DNA from: Myxococcales bacterium
GTDB lineage: Bacteria > Myxococcota_A > UBA9160 > SMWR01
Reading direction: 5' to 3'
NCBI GenBank assembly: GCA_029881215.1
Contig: JAOUNA010000001.1
Location: 13,195-77,194, forward strand
DNA: 64,000 nt
Shown here: one piece after another, positions 22,301 through 29,063 of the stretch
Position numbering within the stretch: position 1 is the stretch's first letter
How the letters are laid out: every line of letters starts with the position of its first letter
Program-made: the position numbers and the translations under genes
The notes under the pieces: generated by a model
Database searches by the model: none
The model's input: the letters and a program-made list of their open reading frames with translations, nothing else
Told to the model about the DNA's origin: nothing

Positions 22301-22657
22301 CAGCGGCGGCCCCTCGGCGCCGGGCTCCGCGATGCTGCGCGCGAGTGTGTCGAGTGTCTGCACCACGACGCCGAGCAGGCCACCGCCCAGCTGCCGGACC
22401 AGCAGCGAAGCGACGTGCAGGCGCAGACTGTTCGACGGCACCACGATGCGGACGGGTCGGGCGAGCAGACGCGGATCGGCGCGCGCCGACGCCGCCAGCG
22501 CCGCAACCTCTCGGCACAGCAGCGCATCCAGCCCCGGCGCGCCCTGCGCTCGCTGTGCTCGCCGCACTCCCGACACCCCCCGCACGACCTCCCGCGTCGT
22601 CCGCGCGGCAGGGCGCGAGCATCGCACGGATTCGTGACAAAGGAGGTCACGCGTCAA
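19307..22657 (-). CDS. addB: AddB-type PD-(D/E)XK nuclease subunit
   Basis: Lies upstream of and overlaps addA. No Walker A seen. C-terminal nuclease motif FKADRVDRV...FTDYKTGRP and iron-staple-like C-x2-C-x5-C (CRSCEVREAC). The start is uncertain: TTG at 22657 is the longest option, and GTG near 22576 is also possible. Confidence 0.7.
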   Translation of the reverse strand: MTRDLLCHESVRCSRPAARTTREVVRGVSGVRRAQRAQGAPGLDALLCREVAALAASARADPRLLARPVRIVVPSNSLRLHVASLLVRQLGGGLLGVVVQTLDTLARSIAEPGAEGPPLQAAYPLLVRRHARAEPALAQHLDPLVDGYGAVVASIDDLLDAGFEAAHGEALEACLGACGVSGAEADRAFALLRVAARTARALDAGAIDHGSRALVRARLRLEAEPDRALPARAVFVHGFADATGVQADLIETLVRLRDARVLLAPAAPLAPGDPEGLYGARFRERVAAACGGIEARDLPAPAAARFTWIEAPGPHAEVRAVALRLRRLLDGGACPERIGIVARELAPFALPLRLHLARLGVPWSGIAATGPVGSAGRRLAALLALIERGARASAELWLDAVSRFAPAPPARGEPWSPTRVERADLREALHKLGAAQLADVAALDLPGRDVSLRARRGFEPAAAGEPLRAVRRTLSASALARACRAAASLRDRWQGWPQVAPLAAHLARLRDLVDTDLGWRTDCPGRDDLERVLLAEDAPLPLALEMDREEFLLLVRRALEDCGRAPLGGQGGGVQVLSVMEARARSFDALFVIGMNRGVFPRSIVEDPLLADDVRRALRDVLPELPVKRDAVDEERELFAQLAASSGEVTFSWHAADEDGRACAPSPLVERLLGAGNLGAVELAPPVVSPWSRGAVDDALRPAQEHALRIGPSGAVQAFEAALSLAFEALPAPALDRASAEALARGRCAVLRELDAPAAQRAAPGPYLGLVGALRGPTDPRRAALFVTTLERTARCPWQAFVMRLLRVEPSPDALGALPSGADPLAVGNVVHAVLETIAAGTARAERAADAALEARPIQPARWPSHAELERILADCAAREVRERGIALAGYARALALRARAYLEVARACDWQSAADGVPVVGAEVVESVTVADGSGSARTLCFKADRVDRVGSALRFTDYKTGRPLVEQVRAAARAAALHRQVARGEALQAVAYALRGGAAAQGRYVFLRPELRAEVRVLEVTSDPEWQAPFARAVGTLLEAWDRGSFVPRLALPGERGEEPQACRSCEVREACLRGDSGARARLLAWLERVASEPDRAPIERSALAIWNLARAES

Positions 22658-22678
22658 GAGGCTCGGATCCGGAGGGGG

Positions 22679-22697
22679 AATATCTTCACAAGATATT
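22679..22697. promoter_or_regulatory. 19-bp operator-like palindrome AATATCTT-CAC-AAGATATT
   Basis: Perfect 8+8 inverted repeat with a 3-nt spacer inside a roughly 200-bp AT-rich island. It overlaps a minus-strand promoter-like pair (-35 TTCGAA 22713-22718, 17-nt spacer, -10 TATCTT 22690-22695) facing addB. Confidence 0.35.
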
Positions 22698-22757
22698 GAA
22701 AAGACTTATCTTTTCGAACTCTTCAGAAAATCACCACAGCGGATGAAAAACAAAGAA

Positions 22758-22786
22758 TCGACATTGAACTTCATTTTCAATATGAT
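22758..22786 (+). promoter_or_regulatory. Sigma70-like promoter for bfd-bfr
   Basis: TCGACA (22758-22763), exactly 17 nt of spacer, then TATGAT (22781-22786), about 70 nt upstream of bfd. The spacer and -10 contain an AATGAA-core, weakly Fur-box-like AT-rich sequence. Confidence 0.4.
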
Positions 22787-22855
22787 ACTCTCAAACCACG
22801 CTGCGACGGAGAGTCGGTTGCCCGGGCAACCGACCGCGCCGCAGAGCGAAGCCGA

Positions 22856-23086
22856 GTGCGGGAGTCGCACGTGATCGTCTGCCACTGCAAGGGCATCTCC
22901 GACCGGACCATCCGCGACGCGGTGCGCGCGGGCGCCCGTTCGTGCGGGCAGGTGGCGCGCAGCTGTGATGCTGGACGCTGCTGCGGTGGCTGCGCGCCCG
23001 TGATCCGCGAACTCATCGCTCGCGAGTCGGAGACCGAGAACGGGCTCGTGCTGCTCGGCGGCGCGGGCCTCGCCGCCACGGCCTAG
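22856..23086 (+). CDS. bfd: Bacterioferritin-associated ferredoxin, (2Fe-2S)-binding
   Basis: VIVCHCKGISDRTIRDAV ... CCGGCAP, a Bfd-type C-x-C...C-x2-C pattern, directly upstream of bfr. The start may be GTG at 22871 instead of 22856. Confidence 0.8.
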   Translation: MRESHVIVCHCKGISDRTIRDAVRAGARSCGQVARSCDAGRCCGGCAPVIRELIARESETENGLVLLGGAGLAATA

Positions 23087-23185
23087 ACGCGCGCGGCGCC
23101 CATTCCGACTTTCGTTTTCATTAAGCTGGCCGCGTGCGCCCGCGCGGATACGCTGCGGCGTCTACGCAAACACGGGGGGACATCG

Positions 23186-23656
23186 ATGCAGGGCGATGCC
23201 AAGGTGATCGAGGCGCTGAACGACGTGCTCACCGCCGAGCTCACCGCGATCAATCAGTACTTCATCCACTACAAAATGTGCGAGAACTGGGGCTACGCGC
23301 GCCTCGCGAAGAGCAAGCGCGAGGAGGCGATCGAGGAGATGAAGCACGCCGACGACGTGATCGAGCGCATCCTCTACTTCGATGGCGTGCCCAACATGCA
23401 GCGCCTCAACCCGGTGCGCGTGGGCGAGGATGCGGTCGAGCAGCATCGCCTCGATCTCGCGCTCGAGGTCGAAGCCGTCAAACGCCTCAACGCGGGCATC
23501 GCCCTGTGCCGCGACAAGGGCGACAACGGCTCACGCGAGCTGCTCGAGAGCATCCTGAAAGACGAGGAAGAGGCCGTCGACTGGCTCGAGTCGCAGCTGC
23601 ACATCGTCGAGGAGATCGGCAAGGAGCGCTACCTCGCCGAGCAGATCCACGACTAG
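23186..23656 (+). CDS. bfr: Bacterioferritin
   Basis: 156 aa. MQGDAKVIEALNDVLTAELTAINQYFIH, EEMKHAD (heme Met and di-iron ligands) and ILKDEEEAVDWLESQL. Confidence 0.95.
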   Translation: MQGDAKVIEALNDVLTAELTAINQYFIHYKMCENWGYARLAKSKREEAIEEMKHADDVIERILYFDGVPNMQRLNPVRVGEDAVEQHRLDLALEVEAVKRLNAGIALCRDKGDNGSRELLESILKDEEEAVDWLESQLHIVEEIGKERYLAEQIHD

Positions 23657-23683
23657 CCAGAGCGCCGAACCGAGGAAACGCGA

Positions 23684-24256
23684 ATGCACGAGAAGAAATT
23701 CCTGGCGGATCGGCAGAAGGCGCTCGAGGAGGTCTTCTTCGAGCAGGAGAACCGCAGACTCGTCGAGCGCATCCAGGCCGAGGAGGCGAAGCTCGCCGCG
23801 AAGCACGGCTTGAAGGAGATCTCCGGCATCGCAGACGACGCGCTGATCGAACAGCTGGTGGCGCTCCAGATCCGTCCGGGCAGCTGGGCGGCCATGGCGC
23901 TGATCCCACTCGTCGAGGTCGCCTGGGCGAGTGGCAAGGTCGAGGAGAAGGAACGCCGCGCCGTGCTCTCCGCCGCGGAGGCCAACGGCGTGACCAAGGG
24001 CAGCGCGAGCTTCGAGCTGCTCGAGCAGTGGCTCGAGCAGCGCCCGGCTCCCGCCTACCTGGAGGCCTGGGGCCTGTACATCGTCGAGCTCTGCGCCGAG
24101 CTCGGTGAAGCCGAGCGCGCGGCGCTGCAGAACGAGATTCTCGGCCGGGCGCGACAGGTCGCCGAGGCGGCCGGCGGGCTGCTCGGCTTCGGCACCAAGA
24201 TCAGCGAAAAGGAGCAGCGCGTCCTCGGCGAGCTGGCCAAAGCCTTCGCCGGCTAG
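23684..24256 (+). CDS. TerB-like (tellurite-resistance TerB / DjlA-N-like) domain protein
   Basis: GAGGAA ribosome-binding site. Motif LVEVAWASGKVEEKERRAVL plus a second helical repeat ending ISEKEQRVLGELAKAF. Lies 27 nt after bfr on the same strand. Confidence 0.6.
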   Translation: MHEKKFLADRQKALEEVFFEQENRRLVERIQAEEAKLAAKHGLKEISGIADDALIEQLVALQIRPGSWAAMALIPLVEVAWASGKVEEKERRAVLSAAEANGVTKGSASFELLEQWLEQRPAPAYLEAWGLYIVELCAELGEAERAALQNEILGRARQVAEAAGGLLGFGTKISEKEQRVLGELAKAFAG

Positions 24257-24951
24257 TTCGCCGCCTCGACGCTGATCGTCGCCTTCTCGATGAGCAGCGG
24301 CTCCTTGGGCTTGCCATTCGGAGAGCCTTGCTTCTCGAGCGCTTCCAGCGTGTCCAGGCCCCCGACGACGCGACCGAACACGGTGTGCTTGCCGTCGAGG
24401 TGGGGCTGCGGCTTGAAGAGCAGGAAGAACTGGCTGCCATCGGTGCCGGGTCCGCGATTCGCCATGCTGAGAATGCCCGGCTTGTCGTGCCGGGCGCTTC
24501 GGTCGAATTCGCCTTCGTAGGAGTAGCCGGGCCCGCCCGTACCGGTGCCGGTGGGATCGCCTCCCTGCGCCATGAAGCGCGGGATCACGCGGTGGAACGG
24601 CACCCCGTCGTAGAAGCCGACCTTCGTCAGGTAGATCGTGCTCGAGACGTGCTTGGGAGCCGCCGCGGGCATGAACTCGATCTTCAGGTCGCCCACGTTG
24701 GTCTCGAGGTTCCAGAAGTAATGCTTCGCGGCGTCGAACTCCACGACGAGGGGCGGCGGAAGCTGCTCCTTCCAGCGCCGCTTGCTCTTGTCGATCTTCT
24801 GCTCGGCGATGTACGCCTCGATGCGGGCGATGGCGGCGTCAGTCGACGCGGGCACGCTTGCCTCCTTCGCGCTCTCGGCGCGGATCGTGGTCGACGCGAA
24901 CAGGGCGAGAGCCAGCAGCGAAGGAGTCAGGGTGCGCGCGACGCGGTTCAT
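24253..24951 (-). CDS. Secreted cyclophilin-type peptidyl-prolyl cis-trans isomerase
   Basis: GGAGG ribosome-binding site plus ATG at 24951. Signal peptide MNRVARTLTPSLLALALFASTT. FHRVIPRFMAQGGDPTGTGTGGPGY, SMANRGPGTDGSQFF and HTVFGRVV. Confidence 0.9.
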   Translation of the reverse strand: MNRVARTLTPSLLALALFASTTIRAESAKEASVPASTDAAIARIEAYIAEQKIDKSKRRWKEQLPPPLVVEFDAAKHYFWNLETNVGDLKIEFMPAAAPKHVSSTIYLTKVGFYDGVPFHRVIPRFMAQGGDPTGTGTGGPGYSYEGEFDRSARHDKPGILSMANRGPGTDGSQFFLLFKPQPHLDGKHTVFGRVVGGLDTLEALEKQGSPNGKPKEPLLIEKATISVEAAN

Positions 24952-25047
24952 GGCGATTCCTCCGTTTTCGGGGTGGGCCAAGAGTACCGACAACGAGGCA
25001 ATCGGCCAGGGTCCGCTGCGCGGGGCGCTCCGTGTTAGCCTGACGCC

Positions 25048-25491
25048 GTGCGCGCCCATTACTTTGCCTACGGCTCGAATCTAGACCTGGCGCGGATGCG
25101 CGCGCGTGTCCCCTCCGCGCAGGTGGTCGGGACGGCGCTGCTCCGGGGCATGCGCCTGCAGCTCGACAAACGGGGCGGCGACGGCTCCGGCAAGGCGAAT
25201 CTGCGCAGCGACGCGAGCGGCCACGTATGGGGCGTGGTGTACACGCTCGCGCGAGCACACTGGGCCGCGCTCGACGCCTGCGAGCCGGGCTACACGCGCA
25301 TCCGCGTGTCCGTCGAGTGCGCGGGCGCCGTGCTCGACGCCGAGACCTACATCTCGGCGCTGCGCACGCCCGAGCCGTTCGCGCTGCCGTGGTACAAGCG
25401 GCTGATCATCGACGGGGCGCGCGCGCAGGGTCTGCCCGAAGCCTACGTGGCCCTGCTCGAAGACCTGCCGGAGCGCGGCGATCCGGACTGA
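25048..25491 (+). CDS. Gamma-glutamylcyclotransferase (AIG2/GGCT-like) family protein
   Basis: GTG start. YFAYGSNLDLARM N-terminal motif and VWGVVYTL strand, with length typical of the GGCT fold. Confidence 0.7.
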   Translation: MRAHYFAYGSNLDLARMRARVPSAQVVGTALLRGMRLQLDKRGGDGSGKANLRSDASGHVWGVVYTLARAHWAALDACEPGYTRIRVSVECAGAVLDAETYISALRTPEPFALPWYKRLIIDGARAQGLPEAYVALLEDLPERGDPD

Positions 25492-25541
25492 TCTCCCGCT
25501 CGCCCCGCGCTCGGGCAGCGCCGCCGGCGCACGAGCGCGCC

Positions 25542-26690
25542 TCAGGCCAGGCGGCGCGCGACGCGGCGCACCGCCTCGAGCGCTCGCTCGGGCGGCACGG
25601 ACGTGTAGCAGAGACGCACCCACCCCTCGTATGCCGCACCGCAGCTCGGACCCGGGGCCAGCGCAACGCCGTCGGTGACGCAGTCTTCGAGAAAGCCCCA
25701 GATGCCGCGCGCGTCGAGCTTCTCGCGCACGTCGATGAAGTGGAACATCGAGCCTTCGGGCGGCGGCAGACCGAGCAGCTCGGCCGTCGCGTCGCCCACC
25801 TGCTGGTAGCTCTGGCGCGCGCGCGCGATCCATCCCCGGCCGTCGCGCAGCGCGCGGCGCGCCGCGATCTGTCCGGCGGTGGGCGCGGAGTACGCCGTGT
25901 GCGTCGAGATCTTCAGAGCCTGCGCGGTCACGTCGGGCGGCGCCACCAGATAGCCCGTGCGGTTGCCCGCCATGCCGAATGACTTCGAGAAGGAGAAGAC
26001 CGTGACGGTGCGCTCCGGCGCAAAGCGGGCGAGCGAGACGTGCGCGCCGCGATACACGTAGTCTTCGTACACCTCGTCCGAGATCAGCCAGAGATTCTCG
26101 CGCGCCGCCCAGTCAGCCAGCGCCGCGAGCCAGGCCTCCGGCAGCACGCGGCCCGTCGGATTCGAGGGGCTCGAGACGTAGAGGGCGACGCTGCGCGGAC
26201 CGAGCGCCTCGCGCACCGCCGCGAGCGCGTCGTCCGCGCTCGCCACCCGGTCGTAGAACGGAATCTCCACGGGTGTCGCGCGCAGCGCCGCAACCACGCC
26301 GGGGATGAGGGGCCAGTACGGCGCGAGGATGAGCACTTCGTCGCCGGGGCTGGCGATGGCGCCGACCGCGGCGCCGAGGGCGCCGGTCGCACCGGCGGTG
26401 ACCAGCACGGACGCGCGCTCGCAGGGGAGCCCGTTGCGCGCGCGCACCTTCTCGACGATGGCGTCCACGAGCGCGGGCACGCCGCGCGCCTCGCAGTAGC
26501 GGTGCAGGCCCGGGTAGTCGACCTCGCGCAGATCCTCCATGCGCCCGCCTTCGAAGGGCTCCATCCAGGTGTCGCCCACGTGCAGCGGACAGACGTCTTC
26601 GGGAATGTCCCCGACGCGCTTCGCCGTGGGCGAGAAGACCGCGCTCTGCATGGCGTTCGTCTCGGGTGCGAAGTGGGGGGAGCGGGGCAT
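25542..26690 (-). CDS. Class I/II pyridoxal-phosphate aminotransferase
   Basis: VLVTAGATGAL, SSPSNPTG and PLP-lysine motif FSFSKSFGMAGNRTGY. GAGG ribosome-binding site. Lies 8 nt after the upstream SDR gene. Confidence 0.85.
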   Translation of the reverse strand: MPRSPHFAPETNAMQSAVFSPTAKRVGDIPEDVCPLHVGDTWMEPFEGGRMEDLREVDYPGLHRYCEARGVPALVDAIVEKVRARNGLPCERASVLVTAGATGALGAAVGAIASPGDEVLILAPYWPLIPGVVAALRATPVEIPFYDRVASADDALAAVREALGPRSVALYVSSPSNPTGRVLPEAWLAALADWAARENLWLISDEVYEDYVYRGAHVSLARFAPERTVTVFSFSKSFGMAGNRTGYLVAPPDVTAQALKISTHTAYSAPTAGQIAARRALRDGRGWIARARQSYQQVGDATAELLGLPPPEGSMFHFIDVREKLDARGIWGFLEDCVTDGVALAPGPSCGAAYEGWVRLCYTSVPPERALEAVRRVARRLA

Positions 26691-26698
26691 GGATCGCC

Positions 26699-27553
26699 TC
26701 AGGTCAGATCGGAGAGCAGCGCGGCGTAGCCTTCGCGGAAGGTTGGGTAGCGGAACGCGTAGCCGGAGGCGAGCAGGCGCTCGTTGCTGCAGCGCTTGTT
26801 CGTGCTTGGGCGCGGCGACTCGATCTCCTGCGCGGGCACCACGCGCGGCTCGGGCGCGCCGAGCGCACCCGCCAGCCAGGTCAACACGGCAGACTCGTCG
26901 GCAGGCTCGGAATCGACACCGAGATACAGCGTCTCGGGCTCGGGCAGGCGCAGCAGATGACGCAGCGCACCGGCACAGTCGTCCCGGTGGATGCGGTTGG
27001 TGTAGCGGGGGGGGCCCGCGCTGTAGAGCGCGCTGCCCGAACGCACGCGATCGATGAGGCGCGTGCGGCGCGGCCCGTAGATGCCGCCCAGGCGCAGGAT
27101 GATGGCGGGCCAGGGGGCGCGGCGCACGATCTCCTCGCCTTCCAGCACGCGCCGCCCGCTGAAGTTCTCGGGCTCGGTGGGCGAGCTCTCGTCCACCCAG
27201 CTGCCGTCGGTCTGCGCGTAGACGGAGGTGCTCGACACCAGGAGCACGCGGCGCAGCTTCTGGCCCTGCTGGTCGAGCGCCTCCAACAGCCGCCGCGGAC
27301 CCTCCACGTACGCCGCCCGGTAGTGCGCGTCGTCGTAGCCGCCGGGTGAGACCGCGTAGATCAGCTCATCCAGGCCGCTCGGAAGATCGCGCAGGCTCCT
27401 CGGCACGGAGAGATCCGCCTCGAAGCGGCGGATGCCGATCGGCAGACTGGCGGGTCGGCGCCGCAGGCCCCACACGGTGTCGGCCTCCCCCACGAGCAGC
27501 CCGCCGAGGGCGGTTCCCACGTAGCCACATCCTGCGATCAGTACTCTGGCCAT
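26699..27553 (-). CDS. NAD-dependent epimerase/dehydratase (extended SDR) family protein
   Basis: MARVLIAGCGYVGTAL Rossmann motif, 284 aa. Co-oriented with the aminotransferase. Confidence 0.75.
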   Translation of the reverse strand: MARVLIAGCGYVGTALGGLLVGEADTVWGLRRRPASLPIGIRRFEADLSVPRSLRDLPSGLDELIYAVSPGGYDDAHYRAAYVEGPRRLLEALDQQGQKLRRVLLVSSTSVYAQTDGSWVDESSPTEPENFSGRRVLEGEEIVRRAPWPAIILRLGGIYGPRRTRLIDRVRSGSALYSAGPPRYTNRIHRDDCAGALRHLLRLPEPETLYLGVDSEPADESAVLTWLAGALGAPEPRVVPAQEIESPRPSTNKRCSNERLLASGYAFRYPTFREGYAALLSDLT

Positions 27554-27612
27554 GTGCGTCCGAGCTGCGATCCCGCGCGATCGGGCCGCTTGCGAAAGTT
27601 ATACTGCGCGGC

Positions 27613-28308
27613 ATGCGGCCGCTCATCGGGATTCCGCAGTGCCTGGACGATCGGGGCCGCATTCGCGCGGGACGCGATGTCCAGTATCTCGACACGTCCT
27701 ACGCCCGTGCGGTCTGCGCCGCCGACGCGACCCCACTCTACCTGCCCCTGCAAGCCGACGCGCGCGCGCTGATCGACGCCATCGACGGACTGCTGCTTCC
27801 CGGCGGCGACGACCTGCTGCCGGAACGGCCCTACCCGCCCGGAGTGCAGTTCGATCCGGTGTCGGAGCGGCAGCTCGCCTTCGATCGCCAGCTCCTCGAC
27901 GCGGCCCTCGCGGCGGGACGCCCGGTGCTCTCGATCTGCTACGGCATGCAACTGCTCGCGCTCCAGCTCGGGGGCGCGCTCCATTACGACATCCCCACCG
28001 ATGTCTGTTCAGCGGGGGCCCACCGCCTTCCCGAGCGTGACGGCCGTCACGCGATCGCCGTCGCTCCCGGCACGCGGCTCGCCGCCATCCTCGGCGACGC
28101 GGAATGCGCGGTGAACAGCATGCACCACCAGGCGGTGGCAGAGCCGGGGCCGCGCTTGCGGGTGTGTGCAGTGGCCGACGACGGGCTGATCGAGGCCGTC
28201 GAGGACCCCGAGGCGCGCTTCGCGGTCGGCGTGCAGTGGCACCCCGAGAAGATGGAGGGCGCCCACCGCGAGCGGCTCTTCCGCGCCTTCGTCGAGGCGT
28301 GCCGTTGA
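27613..28308 (+). CDS. Peptidase C26 / PuuD-like gamma-glutamyl hydrolase (class I glutamine amidotransferase fold)
   Basis: IGIP N-terminus, GLLLPGGDD, nucleophile ICYGMQLL, HHQAV and VQWHPE. ATG at 27613. Confidence 0.8.
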   Translation: MRPLIGIPQCLDDRGRIRAGRDVQYLDTSYARAVCAADATPLYLPLQADARALIDAIDGLLLPGGDDLLPERPYPPGVQFDPVSERQLAFDRQLLDAALAAGRPVLSICYGMQLLALQLGGALHYDIPTDVCSAGAHRLPERDGRHAIAVAPGTRLAAILGDAECAVNSMHHQAVAEPGPRLRVCAVADDGLIEAVEDPEARFAVGVQWHPEKMEGAHRERLFRAFVEACR

Positions 28309-28362
28309 GCCTGGCGTCGTAGCGAGAACCCCTCGACTCCCGTCGGAGGAATGCAGGTTTTT

Positions 28363-28378
28363 TGTGACAATCATCACG
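28363..28378. promoter_or_regulatory. CRP/FNR-family-like site TGTGA-N6-TCACg
   Basis: tgtgacaatcatcacg matches 9/10 of the positions of the TGTGA-N6-TCACA consensus. It lies in an AT-rich island about 130 nt upstream of the 28506 ORF. Confidence 0.3.
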
Positions 28379-28440
28379 TGAAACATTCGGGAAGAGCGGT
28401 AAGATTTTGATGAAGTATCCGGGGGGTGCTTTCCGCTGAG

Positions 28441-28467
28441 TTGAAAAAGCGGGCGTCGAACGCCCGC
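28441..28467 (-). terminator. Orphan intrinsic-terminator-like hairpin oriented on the minus strand
   Basis: gcgggcg-tcgaa-cgcccgc (28449-28467) is a perfect 7-bp GC stem. On the minus strand it is followed by UUUUU (28444-28448). No minus-strand gene ends nearby. Confidence 0.35.
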
Positions 28468-28505
28468 AACGCTGTACGGCAAACCTGCAAGGTGGGGGCA
28501 GGCTC

Positions 28506-29063
28506 ATGCCGAGGATGCGCGATTCGATCTCGAAGCGAGTCAATGCGTCGGATGCAGCAGAGTCACCCGGCGTCGACGCGGTGCGGGTCTTTCTGGGAGC
28601 CGCGCTGGCCGTGGTCGACGCGAGGGAGTTCGAGCGCGCTCCGGCGCGCAAGCTGTCGACCTGGCTCTTCTCCCTCGGCGCGAGCGACGCCCTGGCGCGC
28701 CGGCTCGGCCTGGCGGGTCGAGCGGCGACGTCCCTCGGCGTGGATGTGTTCCGCGCCTTCTACGCGCTCGATCCGGTGAGTGCGGCGACGGTGGTCGGCC
28801 GCTTGAATCATCTCGCAACCGACGCGCGCTGGTGCCCGGCACGCGAAGCCGGACGCGCGGCCATGGACGACTGGCTCACCGGTGTTCGGCAGGACGCGCA
28901 CGAACGGCTGCGCGATCTGATCGCGGCGCCGGCCGCGGCCGAGGCCGCGCACTTCGCCGCCGGGCTGACCGGTATCGAGGGTGATGCCGCACCGCGCGCA
29001 CCGCGCCAGCGCGACGTGCCGCTGGGACGCCGCGCGGTGGCGTCACTCGCCGCACCGCGCTGA
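28506..29063 (+). CDS. Hypothetical protein
   Basis: 185-aa ORF with GC3-rich codon pattern and non-junk composition. No family recognised. The 3' end overlaps the convergent GT9 gene by 21 nt. Confidence 0.45.
   Translation: MPRMRDSISKRVNASDAAESPGVDAVRVFLGAALAVVDAREFERAPARKLSTWLFSLGASDALARRLGLAGRAATSLGVDVFRAFYALDPVSAATVVGRLNHLATDARWCPAREAGRAAMDDWLTGVRQDAHERLRDLIAAPAAAEAAHFAAGLTGIEGDAAPRAPRQRDVPLGRRAVASLAAPR

Noticed and set aside
22658-22855. Canonical Fur box or LexA box in the addB/bfd intergenic island.
   Set aside because: I found only AATGAA-core partial matches to the 19-bp Fur consensus. I found no CTGT-N8-ACAG, GAAC-N4-GTTC or GTTC-N7-GTTC type LexA motifs. This is reported only as a weak candidate.
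28563-28952. Minus-strand ORFs (28563-28952, 28540-28842, 28808-29143) as the gene served by the minus-strand terminator at 28441-28467.
   Set aside because: Their translations are Arg-rich junk. The plus-strand frame 28506-29063 has the GC3-rich codon pattern of real genes in this window.
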